A stretch of DNA of 64,000 bases from an uncultured Actinomycetes bacterium (GTDB lineage Bacteria; Actinomycetota; UBA4738; HRBIN12), in assembly GCA_963704885.1 (NCBI GenBank), contig CAVPIB010000007.1, positions 160,001-224,000 on the forward strand, in the 5' to 3' direction. Position numbers and translations under genes: made by a program. Position 1 is the stretch's first letter; every line of letters begins with the position of its first letter. Shown here piece after piece: positions 54,298-63,810 of the stretch. The notes beneath the pieces were generated by a model, which had not been told where the DNA came from, ran no database searches, and saw only the letters and a program-made list of their open reading frames with translations.

Positions 54298-57174
54298 GTG
54301 AGCCTGGCCGGGTCGACGTCGTCGGCCAGCCTGGGGGACAGACGAGTGGCGACACGCGGTCAGGATCGAGGTGACTCCCGGCGACCGACATCCGGGCTCA
54401 CTCCGCATGTGTGCACGGTCGCCGAGATCGCGGCGGAGCTGGCCTGTGATCTGGATCGCGGCCTGACATCCGACGAGGCGCTGCGGAGGATCGCGCGTCA
54501 CGGGCCGAACGAACTCCCGGCCCCGGCCCCCCCTCTCCGCTGGCGCCGGTTCCTCGAGCAGTTCCGCGATCCACTGGTGTTGCTGCTGCTTGCGGCCACG
54601 GTCATCTCCTTCGCCGTCTGGCTCCTCGAGGGGGCCCACGGCATCCCGGTGGAGGCCCTCGTCATCGTGGGGATCGTGGTCTTCAACGCGACCCTGGGCT
54701 TCCTGCAGGAGGAACGCGCCGAACGAGCCGTCGCGGCCCTCCGGGTGATGACCGTCCCTACCGCGACCGTGATCCGTGATGGTGCGCGCTCACGTATCGC
54801 ATCTCGCGATGTGGTGCCCGGCGACCTGATGCTGATCGAGGAAGGGGATGCCGTCGCCGCCGACGGACGACTGTTCGAAATCACCTCGCTTCAACTCGCC
54901 GAAGCGGCTCTCACGGGCGAGAGCGAGGCGGTCGCGAAGAAGCTCGAGCCTGTCGACATCGATGCCGCTCTCGGCGACCGCACGAACATGGTGTTCACCG
55001 GGACGGTCGCGACGTTCGGGCGCGGTCGGGCGATCGTGACTGGGACCGGTGCGGACACGGAGATCGGGCGGATCGCCTCGATGCTCGTATCCACCCCCGA
55101 ACGACAGACGCCCCTGCAGCGCGAGATCGAACGGGTAGGACGCGCGCTCGGGATCGCGGTGCTCGTGGTCGCTGTGGTCGTCGTCGGCTCGAGCCTGCTC
55201 ACGAGTGAGATCCGAACGACGGCCGATGTCGTCGAGGTGCTCTTGTTGGGGGTCTCCCTCGCCGTGGCCGCCGTGCCCGAGGGCCTCGCGGCGGTCCTGA
55301 CCGTGGTGCTGGCTCTCGGAGTGGAGCGGATGGCGAAGCGGAACGCGATCGTGAAGAAACTGTCGGCGGTCGAGACGCTGGGGTCCGCGTCGGTGATCGG
55401 GTCGGACAAGACCGGCACGCTGACCAAGAACGAGATGGCGGTCCGAGCGGTGCTGAGCGCGAGCGGAAGATGCGAGCTATCGGGCGACGGTCGCGTGCGG
55501 CCGGATCCGGCTGTGTCGAACGAAGCTCCGTCGGACGACCGAACCCTGCGGGCTGAACTGGCGGCGCTTCTCGCCGCCGCTGCCACGGCGACGAACGCGG
55601 TCGTGGAGGAGGGCAAGGGCGGGCGGGTCATCCACGGCGACCCGACCGAGGCGGCGCTCATCGTCGCCGCCCGGAGCATCGATGCGCCGATCGAGGATCG
55701 TGCGGAACGGGTCGGCGAGGTGCCGTTCTCGTCGGAGCGCAAGCTGATGAGCGTCGTGCACGCCGACCCCCGGGACGCCGAGCACATGACGGTGTTCGTG
55801 AAGGGCGCGCCCGACGTCTTGTTGGAGCGGTGCACGCACGAGGTCGTCGGCTCGGCTGCCCGTCCGCTGACGGAGAGGCGCCGGTCGGAGATCGAGTCGA
55901 GCGTGGAGCAGATGGCGGCGACCGGTCTCCGAACGATCGGCGTGGCGCGGCGGTCCGTCATGAGGGACTCTTACACCGAGGCGACCGAAGACCTGGAGAG
56001 GGACCTCGCGTTCCTCGGCGTCGCCGGGATGAACGATCCGCCGCGGTCGGAGTCGCGCGAAGCGGCCGGGACGGCGCGTGCCGCCGGGATCAGGGTGATC
56101 ATGATCACCGGAGACCATCCCGCGACCGCTGCTGCGATCGCGTCCGAGATCGGCATCTCACAGGCCGGCGTCTCCGCGGCGGCGACGGGACAGGAGCTCG
56201 CGCGCCTGGACGACGACGGGTTCCTGGCGGTCGTGCGAAACACGGACGTCTTCGCCCGTGTTTCCCCCGAGCACAAGCTGCGGATCGTGGAGAGCCTTGA
56301 GCTCGACGGCCACGTGGTGGCGATGACCGGAGACGGGGTGAACGACGCGCCGGCGCTGAAGACGGCCGACATCGGCATCGCCATGGGGATCACAGGTACG
56401 GAGGTGGCGAAGCAGGCGGCGGACGTGATCCTGACGGATGACAACTTCGCCACCATCGTCGCCGCGGTCGAGGAGGGCCGCACGATCTACTCGAACATCA
56501 GGAAGTTCATCCGCTACCTGCTCTCGTCGAACGTAGGTGAGGTCTTCACGGTGTTCTTCGGAGTCGCCCTGGCGGACGTGATCGGTCTGACCGCCGTGGA
56601 CGGATCGTTCGTCGCGCCGCTCCTCGCTACTCAGATCCTTTGGATCAACCTGCTCACAGACGCGGCACCCGCGTTGGCGCTCGGGGTCGACCCGGCCAGC
56701 CCAGGGCTGATGGCGCGTCCTCCGAGGTCTTCCAAGGACCGGCTGATCGATGTCGAGATGTGGCTCGGGATCTTGGTCGTGGGCTCTGCGATGGCCATCG
56801 GGACGCTGCTCACGCTGGACCTGGCACTAGTGGGTGGCCTCATCGAAGGGGATCGCTCGCTCGACGAGGCTCGGACGATGGCGTTCACCGTTCTCGTCCT
56901 GGCGCAACTGTTCAACGTATTCAACTCGCGTTCGGACCGGTCGAGCGCCTTCCGCTCCGGCCCCGTGAACCGAAGCGTATGGGGCGCGGTCGGCATCTCG
57001 GTTGGCCTCCAGGTCCTGGTGGTCTACGTCCCCGGACTCGGTCGGGCGTTCGGCACCGTCGCGATCGGCGCGGCCGACTGGGGCATCTGCATCGCCATGG
57101 CGAGCCTCGTCCTGTGGGCCGATGAGGCGTGGAAGCTGGTGAAGCGCGGCAAGAGCTCGCCACAGGAGTCCTGA
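54298..57174 (+). CDS. Cation-transporting P-type ATPase (type IIA, Ca2+-like)
   Basis: LTGES, VPEGL, DKTGTLT, KGAPD, MITGD, TGDGVNDAPAL, QILWINLLTD. Confidence 0.95.
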   Translation: MSLAGSTSSASLGDRRVATRGQDRGDSRRPTSGLTPHVCTVAEIAAELACDLDRGLTSDEALRRIARHGPNELPAPAPPLRWRRFLEQFRDPLVLLLLAATVISFAVWLLEGAHGIPVEALVIVGIVVFNATLGFLQEERAERAVAALRVMTVPTATVIRDGARSRIASRDVVPGDLMLIEEGDAVAADGRLFEITSLQLAEAALTGESEAVAKKLEPVDIDAALGDRTNMVFTGTVATFGRGRAIVTGTGADTEIGRIASMLVSTPERQTPLQREIERVGRALGIAVLVVAVVVVGSSLLTSEIRTTADVVEVLLLGVSLAVAAVPEGLAAVLTVVLALGVERMAKRNAIVKKLSAVETLGSASVIGSDKTGTLTKNEMAVRAVLSASGRCELSGDGRVRPDPAVSNEAPSDDRTLRAELAALLAAAATATNAVVEEGKGGRVIHGDPTEAALIVAARSIDAPIEDRAERVGEVPFSSERKLMSVVHADPRDAEHMTVFVKGAPDVLLERCTHEVVGSAARPLTERRRSEIESSVEQMAATGLRTIGVARRSVMRDSYTEATEDLERDLAFLGVAGMNDPPRSESREAAGTARAAGIRVIMITGDHPATAAAIASEIGISQAGVSAAATGQELARLDDDGFLAVVRNTDVFARVSPEHKLRIVESLELDGHVVAMTGDGVNDAPALKTADIGIAMGITGTEVAKQAADVILTDDNFATIVAAVEEGRTIYSNIRKFIRYLLSSNVGEVFTVFFGVALADVIGLTAVDGSFVAPLLATQILWINLLTDAAPALALGVDPASPGLMARPPRSSKDRLIDVEMWLGILVVGSAMAIGTLLTLDLALVGGLIEGDRSLDEARTMAFTVLVLAQLFNVFNSRSDRSSAFRSGPVNRSVWGAVGISVGLQVLVVYVPGLGRAFGTVAIGAADWGICIAMASLVLWADEAWKLVKRGKSSPQES

Positions 57175-57184
57175 GTTGGGTACC

Positions 57185-57223
57185 TGGGCCGAACTGCCCT
57201 CTGCGGCAGGGACGTTCGGCCCG
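57185..57223 (+). promoter_or_regulatory. Two DosR/OsdR-like palindromic boxes
   Basis: TGGGCCGAACTGCCCT (57185-57200) and AGGGACGTTCGGCCCG (57208-57223), pattern GGGnCnnnnGnCCC (first copy has one mismatch). Confidence 0.5.
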
Positions 57224-57276
57224 TCCAGATGTGTGCGAGTAGAGGGCTAGACTCCGTCCAGAAAGGGGGGATCGGG

Positions 57277-57846
57277 ATGTATGACCTCTCGAACCGCGAG
57301 TTCTGGACGGTGGTCCATGGGCTCGTTCTGGGAACGGTCTTCCTGCTCCTGTTCGGCGGGGGGCTCGCGGGATTATGGAGTCTTCGCCCCGGGTTCCTGA
57401 CGACCAAGGGCGTGCAAGAGCGCATGCGCCGTCTCTACGTGGGGATGTGGGCGATGGCGCTCACCGCCTGGGCGACGGTGATAACGGGCACGTGGATCGT
57501 CTATCCCTGGTACCGCGCTGCGTTGGCGGGCGACGACTACTCCGGCTGCGCCGGGGCGGTCGTGCCGACGTCGGGCTGCTCCCCACGTGACTTCTTGAAG
57601 TCCAACGTCTCGGGCAACACCGAGAGCTGGCATGGCTTCGGGATGGAGTGGAAGGAGCACATCACGTGGGCGGCGCCGATCCTGGCCACCGCGGCCGCGT
57701 TCATCGTTGCCTACTACGGGGCACGTCTGATCCAACGACCCTGGTTGCGGGTGGCAACCCTCGTGATGATCGTGGGGGCGTTCGGAGCGGCCGTCATCGG
57801 CGGCTTCTACGGGGCGTTCCTGAACAAGATCGCGCCGATCGTGTGA
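57277..57846 (+). CDS. Uncharacterised four-TM membrane protein (HG...WHGFGMEWKEH)
   Basis: Four hydrophobic segments, three His near TM ends, one Cys pair in a loop. Confidence 0.75.
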   Translation: MYDLSNREFWTVVHGLVLGTVFLLLFGGGLAGLWSLRPGFLTTKGVQERMRRLYVGMWAMALTAWATVITGTWIVYPWYRAALAGDDYSGCAGAVVPTSGCSPRDFLKSNVSGNTESWHGFGMEWKEHITWAAPILATAAAFIVAYYGARLIQRPWLRVATLVMIVGAFGAAVIGGFYGAFLNKIAPIV

Positions 57847-57857
57847 GGTGATATGAG

Positions 57858-58259
57858 ATGGCAACCAAGGAATGGAGCACGAAGGGCGATCCGATCGTGG
57901 ATGCGCCCGAATTGGAGCCCCTGAACCTGGAGGCTAAGCCCGACGGGCCGGGGGCGGCGGTGATGCTTTCGGCCGGCGTAGGGATCTTCATCCTGGGTCT
58001 CTTCACGGTCCTGTCTGAGGCCTCCGCCGGGATCCACGACTGGCTCGAGACGCTCGACTTCGACAAGGGTGTCGGGCCGCTGGCCGGCAAGACGATCCTG
58101 GCCTCGGTTGGCTTCTTCGCGAGCTGGCTGATCTTCGGGATCGCCCTCCGCGACAAGGAGGTCAACCTCCCGAAGTGGTTCTGGTGGAGCCTGGGCCTGG
58201 GCGTGCTGGGAGCGATCATGATGTTCCCGCCTGTCTTCACGGCCTTCGCGGCGGAGTAG
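57858..58259 (+). CDS. Uncharacterised three-TM membrane protein
   Basis: KPDGPGAAVMLSAGVG, GVGPLAGK, FPPVF; GAGGTG RBS. Confidence 0.75.
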   Translation: MATKEWSTKGDPIVDAPELEPLNLEAKPDGPGAAVMLSAGVGIFILGLFTVLSEASAGIHDWLETLDFDKGVGPLAGKTILASVGFFASWLIFGIALRDKEVNLPKWFWWSLGLGVLGAIMMFPPVFTAFAAE

Positions 58260-58264
58260 GTGCG

Positions 58265-58510
58265 GTGAGGAGGATCATCGAGGCGACGACGGCCGATCGG
58301 GTGGCCGCCCGGGTCGTGGGCCTGGGAGTGGGCCTGATAGCCCTGATGGTGACCTGGCTCGTGGGCAACCGAGTGGCCGGGCTCATCTGGGCTGCGCCCG
58401 TCGGGCCCAAGGTTGCATTCGGGGCTGCGATCGCCGTCGGGGTCGTCGTGGCCGTCATCGCGGGGATCCGGTTGGATCGCTCTTTGAGGACCAACGCCTC
58501 CAAGGAGTAG
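58265..58510 (+). CDS. Small two-TM membrane protein
   Basis: GTG 5 nt after the upstream stop; two hydrophobic helices. Confidence 0.65.
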   Translation: MRRIIEATTADRVAARVVGLGVGLIALMVTWLVGNRVAGLIWAAPVGPKVAFGAAIAVGVVVAVIAGIRLDRSLRTNASKE

Positions 58511-58534
58511 CAAGGGAGCAGCACCACCCTGGAA

Positions 58535-58567
58535 CGCAGGGTTCGGACCGCAGGTCCGAACCCTGCG
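58535..58567. terminator. Perfect 15-bp hairpin, probable terminator
   Basis: CGCAGGGTTCGGACC-GCA-GGTCCGAACCCTGCG, 24 nt after the operon stop; no U tail. Confidence 0.65.
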
Positions 58568-58583
58568 CTAGGCTCTGCGCCTA

Positions 58584-58712
58584 GACATCCACGACGCGTA
58601 CGACCTGGCAGACCGGATCAGCGTGATGCTCCAGGGGAAGCTGGGCGGCACGGTCAAGCAGGAAGACGTGACCGTGGACGAGGTCCTTGCCATGATCATC
58701 ATGGGGAAGGCC
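58584..58712 (+). pseudogene. C-terminal remnant of a sugar ABC transporter ATPase
   Basis: [42 protein letters not shown] resembles the post-H-loop end of XylG-type ATPases; no Walker motifs upstream. Confidence 0.65.
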
Positions 58713-58879
58713 CGGCGAGCTGACTCCGACCGACATCGCCCAGCTCCACTGAAGCGCTCTCGCCGTGTTGGCCTGACGCCTCTGGATAGTTTCGGGTTTG
58801 GCAAGGATCGCGTTATCGGTCCGCAACCCGCCGCTCGTTAGCGTCATCGGCGTCCGGTATGTCGAGCTAAGGAGGATCC

Positions 58880-59239
58880 ATGCGGCGACGGGGGATCACT
58901 GTGATCGCGATGTCGGCGGTCTTGACGCTGTTCGGTGGGAGCGCCGCGCTGGCCGCGGTTCCCAGCACCATCTCGATCGGGTTCAACCAGGAAACCGAGC
59001 ACTTCCACGGCAAGGTGCGTTCCTCAGATGACGAATGCTCGGCAGGGCGGACCGTGAAGCTCTTCGAGAAGACGGCCGACGGGCGAACGCTCCAAGGCAA
59101 GGCCACCACCAACGCTAACGGCAAGTGGGACATCGAGCTCATGCAGGCTGAGGGCTTCTACTTCGCAGTGACGCCCAAGCAGAAGGCCATGCACGCCAAG
59201 TGCGGGCGAGCGGTCTCGCGCATGGTCGACGTGATGTAG
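58880..59239 (+). CDS. Secreted hypothetical protein (beta-rich, one Cys pair)
   Basis: AAGGAGG RBS; signal peptide ending AALA. Confidence 0.75.
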   Translation: MRRRGITVIAMSAVLTLFGGSAALAAVPSTISIGFNQETEHFHGKVRSSDDECSAGRTVKLFEKTADGRTLQGKATTNANGKWDIELMQAEGFYFAVTPKQKAMHAKCGRAVSRMVDVM

Positions 59240-59256
59240 GGATCTGTCTCACGGAG

Positions 59257-59292
59257 ACGCCGGGCCGCCGCAGCGGGGCCCGGCGTTCTTCT
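59257..59292 (+). terminator. Probable intrinsic terminator
   Basis: ACGCCGGGCC...GGCCCGGCGT stem followed by TCTTCT, 17 nt after the stop. Confidence 0.55.
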
Positions 59293-59393
59293 GTCACGGG
59301 GTGACCGGTCGGACAGCGTCCGTGGAGAACAGCGCCATCGGAGCCCCCGCGTGGTCGAAGCGAGCGAGGAGACCGATCCGAACCAGGAGTACC

Positions 59394-60116
59394 GTGGCTC
59401 TGGTGTCGCCGCAACGACAGGAGCACGAGGTCTATCTGGAGGTGGCGACGAAGCGCGCCTTCGCCGGGGCGATCGGTTGGCCGGGGTGGTGTCGGAGCGG
59501 TCGTGACGCGGACGCCGCACTCGAGGCGCTGTTGGCGTATGGGTCCCGCTACGCGAATATCGTCCGTGGTCTGCGGCCTGCATTTCACTCGCCGATCGCC
59601 CTTGGGGACCTACGTGTGGTGGAGCGGCTGACCGGCGACGCCACCACCGAGTTCGGTGCGCCCTCCATCGCGCCATCCGCCGACGCACGCCCGATGGACG
59701 CGAAAGAGTTCGACCGGTCGCTGTCGGTGCTGCGATCGTGCTGGTCGGCCTTCGACCGAGCCGTCGCGACCGCTCGAGGTGTGGAACTCACGAAGGGTCC
59801 GCGTGGCGGGGGTCGTGGGCTAGACGCGATCGTCTCGCACGTGGTCAGCGCGGAAGCTAGCTATGTAGGCAAGCTAGGTATGAAGCGCCCGAGGGTCGAC
59901 GCTGACGAGACGGCACACGCTCGCGACGACGTCCGCATGGTGGTCCTTGAGGCCCTGTCGCGCGCGCTGACCGATGGGCTTCCCGAGGCCGGGCCTCGCG
60001 GCGGGAAGATGTGGACGCCGTCGTACTTCGTTCGCCGAGCCTCGTGGCACGTGACCGATCACCTGTGGGAGATACAGGACCGGTCCGGGACCGAAGCGTC
60101 AGCCGGTTCCTGCTGA
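59394..60116 (+). CDS. Hypothetical protein with DinB-like C-terminus
   Basis: WPGWCRSG, TTEFGAP, KGPRGGGR..HV..AE, W...YFVRRASWH..DH.WEI; AGGAG RBS. Confidence 0.75.
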   Translation: MALVSPQRQEHEVYLEVATKRAFAGAIGWPGWCRSGRDADAALEALLAYGSRYANIVRGLRPAFHSPIALGDLRVVERLTGDATTEFGAPSIAPSADARPMDAKEFDRSLSVLRSCWSAFDRAVATARGVELTKGPRGGGRGLDAIVSHVVSAEASYVGKLGMKRPRVDADETAHARDDVRMVVLEALSRALTDGLPEAGPRGGKMWTPSYFVRRASWHVTDHLWEIQDRSGTEASAGSC

Positions 60117-60818
60117 AGTCGTCGCCCCGCCAACGATCGCTTCGTCCGCGAACGCCACCACCTGATCCATCAGTCCCGGGTTATCTCTGAACATCCCTGT
60201 CCCGTGTCCATCGCCGCTTACGACCACGGGCTCGATCCCAAGCGCATCGGCCAGCTGTCGAGCGTCTGAGTCGTAGGGTTCATTACCCTCGGCCACCGCC
60301 AGCATCACGGGCGTGGTGCGGGGCAGTTCGCCCGCGACCTGGAGCGCATCGAAGGAACTCGCCGGTGCAGAAAGGCCGACCACAGCGTCCACGGCCAGCT
60401 CTCGTGCCATCGCGATGGACAAAGAGCCGCCGAGGGACCCACCGACGAGCACGATCGCCGAGGCGCCGGAGTCGCGCGCATATCCCACAACTGCCCGCAG
60501 ATCCTCCTGGCGATCCAGGCCGCTTCCAGTGGAATCTCCGACCCCACGCGCGTCGTAGGCGATCACCCGCCAGCCGTGATCGGCGAACACTGTGGCCAGA
60601 TCGTAGAAGCCCTCCTTGGTGCCGGTGGCGCCGTGAGAGAGCACGGCGACCTGTTCGCCGTTCCCGAGCTCGATCGCATCGAGCTCGACGCCATCCGTCG
60701 TGCTGATCCGGATGCGCGACGCGCCCGTTGGGGGATCGGGCTGGTCGGCCTCGCATGCCGAGAGGACTACTCCGGCCAGAACCACGACGGTGAGGATAGG
60801 AAGGAGGTCTCGCCGCAT
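60099..60818 (-). CDS. Alpha/beta hydrolase lipoprotein
   Basis: Lipobox LSAC; HG, YDARGVGDS, GGSLGG nucleophile elbow, GHGT. Confidence 0.85.
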   Translation of the reverse strand: MRRDLLPILTVVVLAGVVLSACEADQPDPPTGASRIRISTTDGVELDAIELGNGEQVAVLSHGATGTKEGFYDLATVFADHGWRVIAYDARGVGDSTGSGLDRQEDLRAVVGYARDSGASAIVLVGGSLGGSLSIAMARELAVDAVVGLSAPASSFDALQVAGELPRTTPVMLAVAEGNEPYDSDARQLADALGIEPVVVSGDGHGTGMFRDNPGLMDQVVAFADEAIVGGATTSAGTG

Positions 60819-60925
60819 GGTACGACCGACGATAGGACCAGGGGGTGCTCCTGGTGTGGCGTGGGTGTGCTGATCCGGTGACGGTCGGGCACCCGTGGCT
60901 CCGATGGACGGTGTCGAACTCGGCC

Positions 60926-61372
60926 CTACGCGATCCGGATCTCACCGCGCATGCCGTATGCATAGTGGCCCGGCAGATGACATCCGAAGATGAGTCCGCC
61001 GACCTGTTCGGGGAACGGATAGGTCGTGACGACCGTCTCCCCGGCCGCGATCGAGATCTCCCCGGGCCTCGGCGTGTGGTGAGCCTCACTCCCGGTCTCG
61101 TGGACCTGCTGCATGTACTCGTCGCCTACGACGAATTCGTGGTCGATGGGATCGGCGTTCTCCACCACGAACCGGATCGTCTGGCCCGGTTCGACGTCGA
61201 TCTCCTGCGGCTCGAAGAGGGAGAAGTGGATCCGGATCTGGATCGTGCGAGTAGGAGCCGAGGCTGTCGATCGCTCTAGCCAACCCGACGCGAGCGCCGC
61301 GGTGGCTCCGACGAGTAGGAGTGCCAGGATGAGCACACCGATCCCCGCCGTGCGCGTGCCGCTGGTTCTCAT
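60926..61372 (-). CDS. Exported cupredoxin (plastocyanin/azurin-like)
   Basis: NADPIDHEFVVG and FGCHLPGHYAYGM type-1 copper ligands; ATGA overlap with the upstream gene. Confidence 0.88.
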   Translation of the reverse strand: MRTSGTRTAGIGVLILALLLVGATAALASGWLERSTASAPTRTIQIRIHFSLFEPQEIDVEPGQTIRFVVENADPIDHEFVVGDEYMQQVHETGSEAHHTPRPGEISIAAGETVVTTYPFPEQVGGLIFGCHLPGHYAYGMRGEIRIA

Positions 61373-62463
61373 CGTGCCGTTGCGTGCGACGTGGAACGAC
61401 GGCTGGTCAAGATCCCCACGCCGCCCAGCACCACCACGGACGCCAGTGCGACCCAAAGGATCGGCCACAGCGACGCGTTCGAGATCGGCAGGTGCGATGG
61501 TCGCAGCCCCGCCGCCGCCGGGCTCGGCTGGCCGAACCCGCTCGCGTCCACGGCGAGGTCGTGGGTGAGCGTACCGGCGGTGGCGTTGACGTTGATCTTG
61601 GTCAGCCACATCTGATCGGTGGGCATCCACTTCATGCCGCGATCCGAACGCAGATCGGCGAGCAGCGATGTCGAAGCGGGCTCGCTCACCTCCTGGATCA
61701 AGCCGCGCTGGTCCGGGTCACCGTTGGGACGAACGGCCAAGGGAAGGGTGGCCGGGCGAACGTCGGTCAGCAGGTAGACGTCGGCCTGAACCAGCTCGGC
61801 TTCTTGACGTCCAAGCGCCAAGATCCGCAGAGGGACCCAGGGGTTCGGCGTGGGGATCACCACGTGGACCGGCGTGCCCTGCCCCTGCTGGACACCTTGC
61901 TCGTTCGCGCGGCCCACGTCGAACTTCACTGCCATGAAGATCGGACTGCGTTGCGCGTAGAACTCCAGCACCTCTGGAGCATCCGGTGGCAGGAAGAAGC
62001 CGTGATCGCTCGCCCAGGTCCCCACGGCGACCGCGCCACCCTCCAAGACCGTGATGTCGAGCGCGTCGATCTGAGTCTCCAGGAGCACCGTCGCGGAGTC
62101 GGCGGCTCCGGCTTCCGCCGCCAGGGCGAAGGTCCGTTGTTCAGGAGGTTGTGTCTCGAGGATCAAGCGCTGCAGGGTCCAGTCGCCGCCTTTGATCACC
62201 TTGGTTGGCACGCCAGGCAGGGGAACGATCGACCCGACCTCGGTGGCATCCACGCCCGCGAACTCGAACGAAGTCACGTAGTGCTCGACCCCCGCGTGGT
62301 AGGCGGCGAGGGTCGTGGTGCGGACAAGGTTGACGGTTCCGTTCGGGGTCACCAAGCCTCCACACGCGAGCGCGCTCGCCGCGGGAACAACTACGGCGAG
62401 CGAGACGGTTGCGGCGAAGATGGTCCTGCGGGCGAGGCGGCGATGGGCCTTGCGGTGGGCCAT
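61369..62463 (-). CDS. DUF2330-like exported protein with C-terminal TM; alternative in-frame start at 62646
   Basis: Signal peptide then ACGG, GSIVPLP, WASDHGF, PWVPLRILALG. Confidence 0.75.
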   Translation of the reverse strand: MAHRKAHRRLARRTIFAATVSLAVVVPAASALACGGLVTPNGTVNLVRTTTLAAYHAGVEHYVTSFEFAGVDATEVGSIVPLPGVPTKVIKGGDWTLQRLILETQPPEQRTFALAAEAGAADSATVLLETQIDALDITVLEGGAVAVGTWASDHGFFLPPDAPEVLEFYAQRSPIFMAVKFDVGRANEQGVQQGQGTPVHVVIPTPNPWVPLRILALGRQEAELVQADVYLLTDVRPATLPLAVRPNGDPDQRGLIQEVSEPASTSLLADLRSDRGMKWMPTDQMWLTKINVNATAGTLTHDLAVDASGFGQPSPAAAGLRPSHLPISNASLWPILWVALASVVVLGGVGILTSRRSTSHATAR

Positions 62464-62703
62464 GGGGGGCTCCTCCTTCGCGAGATCGCGGTTGGACGGA
62501 AGAACCCGAGCCTCGGTTCCCTCGTTCGGAGTCACCAGGCCTCCACACGCGAGCGCGCTCGCCGCGGGAACGAACACGGCGAGCGAGACGGTTGCGGCGA
62601 AGATCGTCCTGCGGGCGAGGCGGCGATGAGCCTTGCGGTGGGCCATGGGGCTCCTCCTTCGCGAGATCGCGGTTGGACGGAAGAACCCGAGCCTCGGTTC
62701 CCT
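62340..62703. repeat. Diverged ~182-bp tandem duplication of promoter, RBS and signal-peptide region
   Basis: 62340-62522 vs 62523-62703; several substitutions and a G6/G4 difference. Confidence 0.92.
62495..62701 (-). promoter_or_regulatory. Two copies of ECF-type promoter GGAACC-N16-CGTC
   Basis: 62520->62495 and 62701->62676, each upstream of AAGGAGGAG and an ATG. Confidence 0.65.
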
Positions 62704-63810
62704 TTAGGCGGAAGGACCTGCCGGCGCCGGCGCCGCTACGTCCGCCGGGTAGGCGATGCCGGCCCGCTCGGGCCAGCCGATCGACAGCCGCTCGCCTGGA
62801 GCCCGTGGCTCCCGCAGTCGCAGTCGGCAGGATCCGATAGTGGTTGAGGTCAACACGTCGAAGTGCGAGCCGAAGAACGAACAGGTCTCCACGGAGCCCG
62901 TGAGCGCTCCTTCGCCATCGGCTCGGATCTCCAATTCCTCGGGGCGTAGAAGCACTTGCGCTCCGGCTCCGGGTCGTGCTCCGGCGTCGAGCGCTCTGAA
63001 CCGTCGTCCTGCCACTTCCACCTCCACGTTGCCCTCACCGGCGGATATGACGGTCGCCGGGAAGAACGAGCCGGCACCGATGAATCGCGCGGTGAACAAC
63101 GTCGCGGGCGAACGGTAGATGGTTTGCGGGTCGGCCATCTGTTCCAAGCGGCCCTGGTTCATCACGCCGACAAGCTGAGAGATGCTTAGGGCCTCGTCCT
63201 GGTCATGCGTCACGAACACGAAGGTAGTCCCGAGCTCCTGATGGATCCGGAGCAGCTCCTCTCGGAGCGCGAACCGAACGTTGCGGTCGAGCGCGCTGAG
63301 CGGCTCGTCCAAGAGCAACACGCGAGGACGGTTGATCAACGCACGCGCGACCGCCACCCGCTGCGCCTGCCCGCCCGAGAGCTCCGACGGGTAGCGTGCG
63401 CCCAATCCCTCCAGTCCTACTAGCTGAAGCATGTCGGCCACGCGCTGCGAACGCTCCGCCGCAGATGGTCGCGAGTTCTTCGACTGAGTGGTCAAACCGA
63501 ACCCGACGTTCTCGGTGATCGTCATGTGGGGGAAGAGTGCGTAGTGCTGGAACACCATGTTGAAGGGACGGCGCTCGGGCGGCCTCCGTGTGATGTCGGT
63601 CCCGTCGGTGAGGACCAGCCCACTATCCGGCGACTCCAGCCCAGCGACGATCCGCAGAAGCGTCGTCTTCCCACACCCGCTCGGCCCGAGCAGGCTGAAG
63701 AACGAGCCGGCCGGGATATCCAGATCGAGCGCGTGCAGCGCCACCACATCGCCGAACCGCTTCGACACCCCTTCGATCGAGATAGCGCCCTTAGGGCCGG
63801 CGCCCGTCAT
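62704..63810 (-). CDS. PotA-like polyamine/amine ABC transporter ATP-binding protein
   Basis: GPSGCGKTT, LSGGQAQR, LLLDEP, VTHDQDEA, C-terminal TOBE. Confidence 0.92.
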   Translation of the reverse strand: MTGAGPKGAISIEGVSKRFGDVVALHALDLDIPAGSFFSLLGPSGCGKTTLLRIVAGLESPDSGLVLTDGTDITRRPPERRPFNMVFQHYALFPHMTITENVGFGLTTQSKNSRPSAAERSQRVADMLQLVGLEGLGARYPSELSGGQAQRVAVARALINRPRVLLLDEPLSALDRNVRFALREELLRIHQELGTTFVFVTHDQDEALSISQLVGVMNQGRLEQMADPQTIYRSPATLFTARFIGAGSFFPATVISAGEGNVEVEVAGRRFRALDAGARPGAGAQVLLRPEELEIRADGEGALTGSVETCSFFGSHFDVLTSTTIGSCRLRLREPRAPGERLSIGWPERAGIAYPADVAAPAPAGPSA

